A stretch of 63,994 nucleotides of DNA, filler included, from Sluysia triapertura (lineage: Eukaryota): the NCBI GenBank assembly GCA_046118255.1. It is 5 parts of 5 records of this genome, joined end to end, with 100 filler letters (N's around TTAATTAATTAA, not from the genome) between each part and the next. Parts side by side here need not be neighbours in the genome. Positions count along the whole stretch, not along the records: positions 22,929 to 35,758 come from JBJNIA010079488.1; positions 35,859 to 49,465 come from JBJNIA010029609.1; 3 more parts are not named here. One strand, 5' to 3'. Shown here in pieces: positions 26,701-40,141 of this stretch. Numbering within the stretch: the first letter of the stretch is position 1; every line of letters begins with the position of its first letter. The notes below the pieces were generated by a model, which saw only the letters and a program-made list of their open reading frames with translations, ran no database searches and had not been told where the DNA came from. A program made the position numbers and the translations under genes.

Positions 26701-29416
26701 TGGGCTTGGAAATTGTTTATGATAATTTACGTATAGTTTAACACAAAATAATTATTGTGAACTACTTTTAATAAATAGCTTACGATTTCATGGATGTTTG
26801 AAAAATAAAGTGTAATGCTAGAACAATTAGAATCCAATTCAAATTTAATCGATCAACGAGGTGTATATTCCGAATCAGGTTTAATAGCTGATACAAATTT
26901 ACCACGAATATTCCAACGAAGTTTTGTGATTTCTCTCTTTTAATTGTGCTTCAAAAATTGTGTGTTTTTAGCCAGAAATCACAATCTATTTATACTGAGT
27001 CAATTTTGTGAACTATGCCAAAAGTCTTTAGAGTATGCCGGCGATTTAATTGCGACAATTATTTTATAAAAGAAAAATATGATTAATGAGATTTTGTTTA
27101 TCAAAATAAAAGAATTTTTTATCTAAAATAATAGAAATGTTAATTAAATTTGTACTTATTAATTAATTTAAATTTTTCTAAAATTCTTTATAAAGTTATT
27201 AAACAAAATTTATTTACAAAATTTAATATTTTATTGTTTTAGGTAATCATATTTTCTTATAATTTTTAATATTTACATATAGAAATTTGATTTATTATCA
27301 ACCATCATTTCCTTTTACTCTACTCAATCTATTTTTACTTCAAAATAGATTACTAAATTACTTCTCATATTAAAATAACAATCAACAATATTATTGACAT
27401 ACATAAAAATAATGCATTTAACTTCACTTTTTAGGATTATTTTATTTTCGTAAATTTAAATAAAGTATTTGTTAAAATATTTTGAAACAATTTCTGTTTA
27501 AACTCATCAGTACGATAAACAATGTTGAAAATTTTCAAATTATTCAGTCTATTATTTTAATAGTTTTAAAAATGAAGCATCTTATGAAATTTAAAGTGAC
27601 ATTTCAAATAAATCAGTGAAAACAATTACTTTAGTTTTAAAGCAGATTGTAAAGACAAGGCCAAAATATATAATTTAAATTATATAAAATAATTATTTCT
27701 TTTAATTTATAATTACAAAATTGGCATAAGTAAAATAAACTTAATAAATGTAAAACTATTCATTTACCAATTTAAAATACATATCTTAACTCTATTACCG
27801 ACAAAACAGCTAACTGTCATTCAGTAAAATGACGTGCGATAGCGCAACTCAAACCGTTCTAAGTATTTTGGCAAGACAGCCAAGATCATTGTATTTCTGG
27901 CGAACTTATAAAAGAAATTTTAAGCATTTCGTGTTTATTGTACATAAAAAATTAACAATCAATCCCCCATACGATTAAAAACAAATAAATAACCATTTAA
28001 TTTTATTTAAAAATACAAAATAATAAAAACTAATTATTAAAATATCTTAAAATAAGTACTATAAAAATGTTGGTAACAAAATAAATGCTTTTACGAGTCA
28101 TACTAAAGTAATAAAATTGTAATTATTTTATTAACATTGCAAATATTTGGCATAAAATGGTTTTTAATGACCCATGAATAATAATAAAAAACAAACTGAA
28201 TGAAAATTAATCGATTGGTAAAAGAATTTAATATTAATTTAAAATATCAAAAATTTAAGATTTCAAAATAAATTGTTGTTTGCATGTATTATAAGGATAA
28301 GTGAATAAATAATGAGATGATTTTGATAAAAGAAGATAATTCTTAACGCACATATGTACTATTTATACAGATATTTTGTCGCTAATAAAAGCAACACAAG
28401 ATACAAGTTTAATTCCATTTGAAATAGATTGAAAAAAAATATTTTAGGCTTAGTTACGTACTTGTGATTATGTCAAGAAAGATCATCGACTATATTATAA
28501 TTGGCCACTTTTTAATAATTTTACGAAAACAGTTAATATTTACATCAATTTTAGTGAATCTGAAATTTGAATAATTCCAAATTACATAATACAAGCAAGT
28601 AATTTAAATCAAGCTTCAACTCTAAAAATCAAAGTACAATTATTAAAGCAATGGAATTAATGCTACATTATAACAATAAATTGTAAATTAAATACAACCT
28701 TTAGCCCATATTTTTAGAATTAATAAAATCAAGCAGCTAATATTAAATTCTGTAAATTATTAGAAATTATTTTTTATATTGAAACCATTTATTGGTTTGT
28801 ATTTATTTCAAATTTAAACCGACTTTAAACAGAATAAACTTTATTATTTCTTCGAAATTCCAGATTTTTCTCTGAAGTACGCGGAAAAGTAATAACATTA
28901 AAGGTTTATTACTTTAATAACAAAAATCGTACATTGTGAAACATCAAAATGTACTATAAAAATAGAAAGTAAGTCTTTAACATTAAACAATATGCACCTT
29001 TTAGATTTTAAAAATGAGAAAATAGTAAACTTAATTTGAGAATAAAAGATTTATGTATTCTAAATAAATTATGTAACCCTCTAAATCCATAATAAAACAA
29101 TGCATTAAATTTGTAAAAGTGGAAAGATTAAAAGGGATTTCTACTTTGATATACTTTAGAATTTATATTTCATTATTTTACATTAAATGTTAATCTACGA
29201 TAAAAACAATCATTGAAATAAATAAGTATTGGCAAGTTACTTCGCAGTAGCAAATATGTTTGATATCTAATTAGTAAAAAGTTTAAATAAATTTAATGTT
29301 GCATATCAATCAAATGTGATAATCGGATAACAATTAAATAAAGGGTTAAGCAAAAGATGGAAGTAAAAAACGAAAATACAAAATATTCATAACTTGAATT
29401 GTTTCGTTTGTGATTT

Positions 29417-29871
29417 CTAAATAAGAGATGTTCCGTTATCATTTTTGTTTGGACTAGGTGGCAGGGGATAAATACATGTCGACTTATTACTACTCGAATT
29501 AATAGAATAAGTTCGCTGATATCTTTTCAGATTATGTCGAGATCTGCTTCTTGAATGATGTCTCGAATGATTAGAACGTGATAAAAATGATCCATCTTGA
29601 TAATGACGATGATGCCGATGAAGATGAGATCGGCTTTGATTATTGAATGTAGTTATATAATCTGATCCTGAGCTGTTATTAGTTGCAGCTGCTGATAAAA
29701 TTCCCTGAAAAACACATTGGGGATAACTGGACTTATCGAATTCTGTTTGAGATGTATTTTTAATATTGTTTGAAAGAATACGTTGTTGGCATGTCGTATT
29801 ATCATTTTCATCATCTGTTGAAGTGACTGTAACGCTGTAAGCTCGAGAATTTCGAGGTGCTCGCGGTATTC
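29417..29871 (-). CDS. LRP5/6: LRP5/6 (Arrow)-like Wnt co-receptor, last exon
   Basis: The acceptor AG at 29873-29872 is in phase 1 and joins the previous exon (EEDYI-R-IPRAPR). The exon ends YPLPPSPNKNDNGTSLI*, a PPPSP-type motif. Confidence 0.75.
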
Positions 29872-30205
29872 CTATATTTAAATTAGAGCAATAATTAAAT
29901 TTTATATAATTTAATGTAATTAAATTTAATAGTTTTAAAGTCATGCTTCAAATAAAATTAAACATGATAAAAGATTCATTTTAATTAGTTCAAGATTCAA
30001 GGATTTATTAACTTCACAACTGATTAGGCCACTATTAGGAGGTTAGAATTCAAGATCATTTTTGTAATTTGATTATTAAGGTTTCTAAAGCATGACAGTA
30101 GTTATTAGACATATAAAACTGATATGGATTCCAAATGAATTAATTAATGGAGAAATTAAAAAAATAGGGATAAAAAAATATCTTATATTTAAATAAAAGA
30201 CAAAC

Positions 30206-31575
30206 TTATATAGTCTTCTTCGTCATTAATATCGATATGACTTTCTTGGAAAGTGCTGTACATTTTTTCATTATTCGTAATGAAAGATCTAGATGTACGT
30301 TTACTTACCAAACTGGGAGGAGGTGGTGATGTAGGTTGAATTAATTTCATTATTTCAGAATCGTCATTATTATCTTCATTATCGCAATCCAAGATTGTTG
30401 CTGCTTTAACATGTAACATTTCTTCATCATATTCTCCTTGTTCATCAATGCTTGATGGAGGAGGTGCAGTGATAATTCCAATATTTGATCGTGAATTAAT
30501 TCGAGATAATGATGAGGTCGAAGATGTGTTATTTGTTTGTGCAGTTACTGAGGTATTGTGTAAGTTTTTGTTGTCAGCAGAAGGATAGTGCATTAACATA
30601 TTTCCAAATATTGCATCTTGACAGATATCTCGACTAGTAAACAATGGAGGTACTTTGGATATGTTAGTATGCATAGGAGAAGATAAAGATAGAGATGGCT
30701 GAAATATTTGAACTTGCGGCGGAGGTGGATAAGGGTCTCTAATACGACGATAACACTCGGATAGAGAAGAAAGTGATAAAGTTGAGTTGTAATTATTTTC
30801 AGAAGGAATATGATCATAGTATTGTTTATGGTGTTGTTTTTGTTGCTGAGGTGTATTTGTAGTCGTTGCTGTATTGTCATAATAACGTGATGATTTTTCT
30901 CTACTACTTTTACTCGATGGGGTTGAAACAAGCATGATCATGTTGATATTTTGTGTTTGTATAATTTGAGATTGATGATGCTGATAATGATGATGGAGAT
31001 GGTAATGATGCTGATTATTCTGATAATGTTGATGATAGTGCTGATGATAATGATTATGATTGTCACTACGAGTAGATCCGGTAGTATCAGGATCAACATT
31101 TCGACTTGTTCTTCTTGCAACCGGTGCAAGTACAGTGCCAAAAGAAAGTGATTTATCTGTCCTTTTTTTAAACCCATACTTTTTTAAATACCACTTTTTA
31201 TAAACTACTGTAATTGCAATATAAGATAAAATAATAATAGAAATAACTGCACCTACAGAACCACAAATAATTTCTACTTTGTAATTATTAATTCTATCAT
31301 TATGTCTGATATTATCACGAGTTTTACCATTAATTATTTGATGATAATTTCTAAAATCTGAATCGTCATTTTTATTAGATAAATCATTAATTAGGTGAAA
31401 GCTGTTTTTAAATTTATTGGAATTTAATGTTCGATAATTAGGAGAATTGGGTGAATGATGTTGAGATAAGAAAAGAAAATTGTTTTCAGTACCATGCTCT
31501 TTATCGCAATTTAATTCATCAGAACCATCTACGCAGTCAATAGCGTTGTCACAGTGGCGGTTTTTGGCAATACAT
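30206..31575 (-). CDS. LRP5/6: LRP5/6-like exon: end of LDLa repeat 3, transmembrane helix, cytoplasmic tail
   Basis: Contains CIAKNRHCDNAIDCVDGSDELNC, a TM segment (IICGSVGAVISIIILSYIAITVVY, followed by KK) and the Pro-rich motifs DPYPPPP, APPPSS and SPPPPS. Acceptor at 31577-31576, donor at 30205. Confidence 0.8.
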
Positions 31576-32098
31576 CTAATAAAATAAAATATTATTAGTG
31601 GTTTATTATATAACAAAAGTGAAAAATTGTTACACCTATTTTGTTTTTCTAATAAGTTTAATCGTTTGATTACTAGATTAACATTTTTTACGTGAGAATT
31701 ATTGTTATTGGATATCGATATTAATCTATTCGTGTATTTGTATGTGGTGGCTCAACTTGTAATTGTATCATTTCATCAGCATACAATCATCATACAACTT
31801 ATAAAACATTAACAAAATATTTAATCGTAATTACAACGCTCTTAGATTGTCGAGTATTTATTTGTACATTTCGTGTTTCAAGCTTTGCACAACTACTTAA
31901 TTCACAATGTTATTCATTAAAATATTTTTATTCCACATTATTCCATTAAAACGTTTGTACTAAACAATATTATGCTAGAGATTATCCTCAAGCTTAAACA
32001 CATCATATTTTATACAACTTTTACTTAACACTGTTTGATATCATTCTAGACTCTGAACTATCATAACTCTACAACTTCTAACTTTATTAAGTACACTA

Positions 32099-32924
32099 CA
32101 CTAGAACTCCCAAAATTGGAACATTCTCAAACTGGACATCCTGAAACGGGAACAATTTCCTAAAACTGGAACGTACTTGTAGATTATATTTTTACTATAA
32201 TTTTAGAACGGATAATTGTGTTTTGTTTAAATATTATTGACATTTTTTATTCATTATTGTGCTTATTTCTTTTACTTTACAGATTTTGTTTGACAGAGCG
32301 TTTTAGTATTTTGGTTAGCAAATTAAAACTAAAATTGTGCTCTTTCAGAAAATAGTAATAAACCGAAAAATGGTGAAGTTAACTCAGTAGTTCAGTAAAT
32401 CATTAACATTATCCAGCCCACAGAAAATATCTCATTTATGAATCCGCTTGATGCAAACGCATGGATAAATTATGATGAAAGAATTGAAACAGAAACTATT
32501 GATCAGGGAAGTAGTGATTCCGAAAATAAAACGGAATGAAAATTGTGAATGGATGCAAAGAATGATCTTTGTTTTACAGCGAATACCTTATGCAAGCATA
32601 TGCGTTGCAAAGAGAAATAGCTAAGCAGAAGTTTCAAAGCCGTAATCTTGTTAAAGCCGAGTTTCCAATAAATGAATTAGTCATTGATGAATTGGAAGAA
32701 GCCAGCACAACAGATAAATTAAGATTTTATTTAGTTATAACACCAACCACTTGCAAAATTAAATTTCAATAAAATTCGGTTAAGTAGTCAATACTTAAAA
32801 GCGTATAAAAGCAATAGTTATTCAGTTTAGAGAATATGATTCTTTATTTAAGTATATGAAAATTTATTATCTAATTTCCACTATTAGAAAATTAGAACAT
32901 GTTCCAGTTTTGGGAGTTCTAGTG
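32099..32924. mobile_element. pogo/Tigger-like non-autonomous DNA transposon in the LRP5/6 intron (826 bp)
   Basis: 26-bp TIRs CACTAGAACTCCCAAAATTGGAACAT / ATGTTCCAGTTTTGGGAGTTCTAGTG (1 mismatch), TA on the left flank, subterminal aactggaac repeats and a decayed acidic coding remnant inside. Confidence 0.8.
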
Positions 32925-34234
32925 CACTTTAAAACACTTAATTCGAAAAGCATTATTAAAAAACTGTACAACTCTCTAAATCATCTACAAATAATCTATA
33001 ACAATGAATTTAAAATTCCATAAACTACTGTGATACCGATAAATACACAAAAGATTATAGTCACATTAAAGTCAGTAAATATGGCGTGTGCTGTGATACA
33101 ATAGAAGTATTCTTAATCTTAAATATATAGTGTACAATAGTTTCTGAAAAAATATTTTCAAAGGAAATTGTGATTAGAAGTTCTTATGTGAAACTTAATT
33201 CTTGTTATTAATAAAATCTATAGTGTTGCAACTTATATAAACACAATTACTTTTTATGAAAGAAAAGTACTAAATCAAAATTTATTAGTTTTTAATTTAA
33301 TAATAATAATATTATTATTCTTATTATTATTAAAATTTTAAATGTAATGACAAAAATAATGTATCACCATCATTATCAATTATAATTATCATGTGACACT
33401 CAGATAATAACCAATAATCACATTATTTTATTGAATTTCAGAATAAAAGAAAAATGGAAAATAATGAATTATTAAAATTTTACGTCATAAGAGTTGTAAG
33501 AAACTCTTGGCCGTTCTATTATTTAGGTATTGGAGTTGAATAGATTCTTTTACAAAAGAACGAAACTATCTTTCTTCGTTCATTGTTTATATTTTAAATT
33601 TTATTTATAACCCAAAGATGTATACTATCGAATAAAATAACAAACAATATAAATATAACCAAAATTCCGAAAAGTACAAAAATATAATTTTTAAAAACAA
33701 ATACAATTTAACTTCAAGTTTTAAAATTCACTACTCGGAATTCCTATTTCATCTTAACAATACCTTAATAACTGAAATGATTTCCATATGAACAATTCAT
33801 TTCTAATAATGTCGAATATACTATATACTATATATTTATCCTTGATAAAATCCATCAACAATATTCGATTAGAATTTAATTTCTCAAATTATAACTTTGT
33901 AAATAAACTATAAAATCTATAAAATGTAATATGAAACTCTATATTTGGTAAAAATTTCAACAAACTATTCTTTAAAATAACTAATTTAACTAAGTTATAC
34001 AGCCCTTTAAAACTATATCGTTACGTTTTTACTTGGTTTTTTCTGAGTTTTAAGGATCCTAACTGAACTTCTGATTAAGCTTTAAACAACTAAAATTGCA
34101 CTTACATCTCTTTCACTAGAGAGAAGTCGGTTTATCTACATTTTAAAAGTTAGATGTTCTAAGTAAGAACGGATAGTCATTTCAGTTATTACAACTTATT
34201 GCTTAAAACGTACCTATAAAAGTTTAAAGTATCC

Positions 34235-34278
<44 letters not shown>

Positions 34279-34321
34279 TTATTTACAATTGCAATAAATA
34301 TTTAAAATGATTTTTCTTAAC

Positions 34322-34569
34322 CTGTCAAATCTATGTGAACTTGTAAAACATTGAAACTCTGACGTTGAATTACAACATTCTTCGTCTGCATGATCATGAC
34401 AATGTATAACACCGTCGCAAAGTACTGAAACAGGTAAACACACTAATTTATTATCTAGAGTACAGGTGAAAGGATGAGAATAGTTACAAGGACCTGAATA
34501 ATGTACTGTAGGTCGAGAAAATAATATTTTATCTGAATTGGTGAGACAATTTGATTCGTCAGATCCATC
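34322..34569 (-). CDS. LRP5/6: LRP5/6-like exon with LDLa repeats 1-3; not in the ORF track
   Basis: Reads DGSDESNC...CNYSHPFTCTLDNKLVCLPVSVLCDGVIHCHDHADEECCNSTSEFQCFTSSHRFD. The phase-2 donor AG|GTTAAG splices in frame to 31575. Three LDLa repeats, a TM helix and a PPPSP tail make up the LRP5/6 architecture. Upstream exons were not found on this contig. Confidence 0.82.
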
Positions 34570-34944
34570 CTATAAAAATATGAGATTTTTTTAACATGTA
34601 ATACAACATATAAGGTAATATATTATTAGGTTAATTAATAAATTTTTGTTTTGTGACAGCAGTTTCTTATAAATAATATAACACGGGTATATGAAAATGA
34701 CAAAATTTTAATAGCCAAATGTACATCTCAACCAAAGCTCATCATAACATAAGGACCAGATCCAGAAATGCTTGTTTATGCATTAGGTTTAGAGTTTCAC
34801 ATGGAGTTTGCCTTCAGTAAAATTTGTTTCCCAAGTTATATCAGCAATCCTTATACTATTAGTTTTAATGATTATAAATGTAGTTGACGATCTTTATAAC
34901 TATTAAAAAATTAAAAAAATTTTTTAAAAAAAGAAACTAATTAA

Positions 34945-35685
34945 ACCCTCAACACCTCAATACTTACACATTCACAAAATAGTTCATTTTCTTAAAATCT
35001 AAGCTATATTCACAAACTCATAGTATATAAGTCACAATTACATTTAATACCATTAACTTACACCAACAAATTTATCTGAAACATATAAAATATCTACTTC
35101 ACACCTTCGAATCAATTACATCTCAAATTCACTATTCGTCTATGCATATTCCCCAACACAATACAACACCATCAAAAACATCAAATAAACAAATCGCATA
35201 AAACATTGTATAATGATATTTTAAATATACCAAGAGTTGTATTGCATTTGCCTCTTTAGATTTACTAAATTACAATCTTCTCAATAAGCCTTTTATCCAC
35301 GATCTTCCATTACTTAAATCTTGTTTTCAATTATGAACTTTAATCACCATCTAAGAACTCATTCTAACATTCTCTATTTCATCTCACGACGCAAATCAAT
35401 TATTATATCTTGAAACGTTAAAGCAATTCAACTCAGAAACTTTAAGTCCAAACACATTTTAAATTTATTGCAATATGTTAGAAATCTTATGAATTAAAGG
35501 AAGATCGTGTACAGTTTTAAAGAATTCAATTTTATGCAACGAAATAACAATAACTGGAACATTGTGCACCCTGTTATTGTTACTATTTATGTCATTTTAA
35601 TTTTTAATATGTCGAGAAGTAAGTACTAAAAGAAAGAAAGCTCGTGTGTAATTAATAAAAGAAATTTATGCATTTTTCTCCTTTT

Positions 35686-35758
<73 letters not shown>
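34945..35758 (+). mobile_element. Decayed CR1/L2-like LINE 3' end ending in (AAT)n
   Basis: Homologous to 23480-24195. FMQRNNNNWNI at 35531 resembles the FF..RV.N.WN.L terminal motif. A long (AAT)n tail runs to the contig end. Confidence 0.55.
35688..35758 (+). repeat. (AAT)n microsatellite (others at about 376-422, 1520-1555, 1930-1962, 16937-16983, 21680-21726, 22990-23040, 34236-34273)
   Basis: Direct reading of perfect AAT/TTA runs. Confidence 0.95.
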
Positions 35759-35858
35759 NNNNNNNNNNNNNNNNNNNNNNNNNNNNNNNNNNNNNNNNNN
35801 NNTTAATTAATTAANNNNNNNNNNNNNNNNNNNNNNNNNNNNNNNNNNNNNNNNNNNN
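35759..35858. other. Artificial contig linker
   Basis: N44-TTAATTAATTAA-N44. Confidence 0.97.
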
Positions 35859-38606
35859 TTGAAGTATTAATGTATTTTAAGCGGAATTTATGCAGAATTA
35901 CAAAAGACAATAATGTAATTAAAGATGTTAAAAGAAATTACATGTGATTATAGTAATGTTTTGAAAATAGTTTTGAGATTTAATTAATTTGGTTGATTTT
36001 TATCACTCTCCGTCTTATTTATTTAGCGCTTTGATCGTTATATCGACAATAATTTTCTAAAAACGTTGATTATTTTTGTTTTAGAATATAGACATTAATG
36101 TAATTATTGGATTCAGCTCCTTTTAGTAAAGAATTAAGGAATGAAAACACGTAAAATAAGAAAACTATAGCCTTATTATTATTTAGTATTATTATTTCTA
36201 TGTATGTACATTATTATTTTTATTACAGTGGTATTATTATTATGTTTATAAATGTAGTTAATTTACATGTACAAACATATATTAGAGTTATTGTTATTGT
36301 TTGATTTATCTGTAAATATCTGTAGATTCTGTCATATTTTAATTTATGCAAGAAAAATTATAAAAATCTTAGTTCGATATACAAGAAACAATTTGTAAAA
36401 ATATATTAATTATTTGAGTGATCTTTACTAAATTATTTTGTTGTTCTTTAATATGAGTATATATTATTAAAGTATATGTTTTTTGTCAAATACTAGTTAT
36501 TTTCTGTTTGCTGTTCACTCTAAAGACTCCCATTTAGTATTATACCATATTACTTTTTTTCTCTATTATTCTTTAATTCAGTCTTTCGATACCCTAAGAA
36601 ATATAAATTTTAATTAATGGGTTCGCTTGAAGTTAACGATTAAAATACGTAGAAGACGTTGCTTGAAGATTTTTCTATTACAAAAAGAAATTCCTATTCT
36701 CGTACGTATTTTAATTGTCTGAATTCCTCTTATGCTACAAATGCGAAGATGCGCTTAACACGGTCAAAGTTGCAATACTTATATCTAAATTGTCTGAAAA
36801 TTACTTTATCTTAAAACTGGGGTTATTAAATAAAATTAACTAAGGAGACTTTATTAATTAAATATTAAAATGTGATACATGAGTAAATATATATAAATAA
36901 ATTACAAAATTAGATATTGAAATACAATAGACAGATTTTAAAAATATAGTTTAACCCAGGAGTAATTCATGGGCGTGAAAATGTAGAAATAATTTAAATA
37001 GATTTTAAATCTAAAAAAATAGATGAACTTGTTCAGAAAAACTTATGTGGACATTAAATTAGATCAATTTCAATTAATAGGTCGCAAGATAGTAAATTAT
37101 TGTGCGTCAAATTGAATTCCAATCAAAAAATCGCGAGACATAGAATTTCCAATTCGAAGATTGCAAGTCGAATTAAATTCCGATTGTCTTGATGTATCGC
37201 GAAATAACGTTCTCCGGAGACAAGATAGATTTTGTTGCTTGGAATTTTTTATTTTGTTTATCGAAGTTCCACGTTTTAAAAAATGTCCTTTTTATAGTCG
37301 TTTTTTATATTATATTTTTTTTACCAGCATAATTATTTATAAAATTTTCCTTTGATTTATTATAAATAATTTTTTATATAGTTATTATATCGTAAATGTG
37401 AAATTTTGCTTCTGCTTAGTCTTTAAAATTTTATGCATTATTTCTGTCAAATTTAAATACTGTTTTATACTTTATAAATTTTGTACGAACTTTAAAAACT
37501 CTTGTTTTTTACTGCTAATTTAAATCTCTTTACGAATTTTTATAATATTCTGAACTTCTCTATCAATGTTATCACTTTATATTAAACTCGTCCTTGTTGT
37601 TCAGGATAGAAGTACTTAATCGACTAATTATTTAACTATACTTGAATTTTACTTTTATTACTTTGTTTTATTTAAACTATTTAAATGCTCTTGCTATCTG
37701 CTCCTGATAATAATTTTATTCCTATTTCCTACTCTTTACAAGAAAATATTTAAACAATTAAGTAAACAATTAATACAATTTAACTATTACACAATAATAC
37801 AAATTAAACATTTAATTTTAAAATGTATCATTCGAACAAAGAAAAATAATAATCCTACCTTTGATAACTCTCGAACAATTAATAAATTTCAATTGAAAGT
37901 TGGTAACAGCAATTATTTCGGTAGATCTCGATCAATAAATAGCAAAATTTCTTCATATTAAAACACTGATTTTTTTCTGATATTTTTTAAATTATTTTGA
38001 TAAAATTATTTTTCGTGTTTTTAATGTTCCCTTTCTTCTTCCTTATATAGATTTTGCAGATTCTGAACCGTCCATTTTATCTAATCTAGCAATACTATTA
38101 CTTATTCTGTATTTAAAATTAATATGATTTATTAGTCATTTTATTTTTAATATAAAATAATTTGAGGTATCAAAATAATATAGCCATGACCATAATGTCA
38201 AACCATTTTGACTATAATATTTATTATTAATATAATAGCTAATTAATTCTTATATTGTGATACTAATTCCTTTCTACAATTCAATTATTTCTGAAATTAG
38301 TTAAATACATTAAAATTATTAAAATTGATCGGTTATTCTAAACACAGGAATACCAAAATTGCCAAGAGTATAAGAATCATAAATATTTAAGACAAACTGA
38401 CATACAACTATCTTTTATATTTGTGTGGCGTTAGGTTTATTTTGCATTTTATAATTGATGGGTTTATTAAATGTTAGCTAATGTACAGATGTTCTTAATA
38501 AAAATAGCAATATTGTGTAACTATCGCAATTTAAATTTAAATATTATATAAAATAAAAATATAAACACATTTAATTAAAGTGTTATTTGATGTAATTGCA
38601 TTTCAG

Positions 38607-38906
38607 TGTCTTAAAGTGATTAATAATTCACTGGCCGTTGCTCGCAGTCTTGCCACTGACATTGATATTCACTTAATGCCACATGTTAAATTTGGAAAGG
38701 GCATTATGAAGGATATGCAAGTTAGTCCAGATGCATTCATTCAGTTATCACTTCAATTAGCTCATTTCCGCGATCAGAAAAAATTTGCTCTAACTTATGA
38801 AGCCAGTATGACTCGTATGTTTCGGGATGGTCGAACTGAAACGGTTCGATCATGTACGTTACAATCTTGTGAATTCGTGCTAGCTATGGAAGATCCTAAT
38901 ACACCG
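38607..38906 (+). CDS. CPT1: Carnitine O-palmitoyltransferase 1, internal exon
   Basis: Contains the [25 protein letters not shown]...[22 protein letters not shown] signature. Acceptor tttcAG and donor CCG|GTGAGT; 300 nt in phase 0. Confidence 0.93.
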
Positions 38907-39611
38907 GTGAGTTAAAATTCATGTAGAAATACGTAACTCAATTCAATTAAATGTAACTTATGCATTTGTTTTAATGCATAATAATAACTTCGTAATTTCT
39001 TTTTATATGTAAATGAAACTAAAATACATCGTCTTAAATTAATTATGTATACAGTAACACCGTATTTAAATATAATCTGGATACTAAGTGAGCCTAATAC
39101 TACTGAATACGATTACCTTATTAAACATTTTTAAAATTTTTTATAAATTGTAAAATATGGACACGTTAAGTGTAAATGAATAAGTAATTATAATTTTATT
39201 ACGATTATTTTATAAATTTAATTATCAAAATTATTTTGAAATATTAGTTTTTATGTAATTATGTACATTATTCATGTACATTTATGTATTTCTATTTTTT
39301 AATATTTAATATAGAAATTCCAAAACATTGATTTTATTTTTATGTAATGAATTTTTTTATGAATCTGGTCCATTGAGATTTACGTTCCTTTTGTAATAAT
39401 TGATTCTTGTTTACGAGTCAAAAATTCTGGTGGTTTTATAATAGTATTTAGATCTTTTATTCTACTTAAGAGAGCAGTATCTCAGTGTCCATCACATATT
39501 AAGTCTAAAGTTTAAGTTTTTGCATAAATTATTGTTTACGTTTTAAATAATACATTAGAAAATTTATGTATTTTTCTTTTTCAGTAATTAATTTATTTTA
39601 TGCAATTTCAG

Positions 39612-39974
39612 AAAAAAGAATTAGTTGCAAAATTTAACAATGCAGTTGAAACACATCAGAAATTATATCGCGACGCAATGACTGGACGAGGTGTTGATAG
39701 ACATTTATTTGCTTTATATGTCATGTCACGATATTTGCAAAAAAAGAGCGCTTTTCTGGATCGTGTACTTGGTGAACCGTGGCGTCTTTCTACCAGTCAA
39801 TCTCCACACACACAGTATCCTGGCCTTATCAATGTTAAGAAATACCCTGATTTAGTGTGCCCGGGAGGAGGATTTGGGCCTGTTGCTAATGATGGTTATG
39901 GCGTTTCTTATATTATTGCTGGAGAAAATACCATTTTTTTTCATATTTCTTCTAAAATATCTTGTCCATCAACG
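39612..39974 (+). CDS. CPT1: CPT1 penultimate exon
   Basis: Contains [22 protein letters not shown] and [16 protein letters not shown]. Acceptor tttcAG and donor ACG|GTAGGT; 363 nt. Confidence 0.93.
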
Positions 39975-40063
39975 GTAGGTTTATAAATTATTATTAATTA
40001 TTATTATTACTATTATATTATAATAATTATAATTGTAATAACAATAATAATTATAATTATTAG

Positions 40064-40141
40064 AATTCGAAACGATTTGCTGGCGAAATCGCAAAGGCTA
40101 TGTCAGATATAAAAGATTTAATTGAAATGTATGACGAGTAA
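40064..40141 (+). CDS. CPT1: CPT1 last exon; not in the ORF track
   Basis: After an 89-nt intron it reads NSKRFAGEIAKAMSDIKDLIEMYDE*, matching the CPT1 C-terminal S.RF...I..AM.DI..L pattern. Confidence 0.88.
   Translation, partial: NSKRFAGEIAKAMSDIKDLIEMYDE

Noticed and set aside
30593-31177. Short ORFs 30593-30931, 30938-31177 and 30951-31151
   Set aside because: They are alternative-frame or antisense shadows of the low-complexity His-rich LRP5/6 exon.
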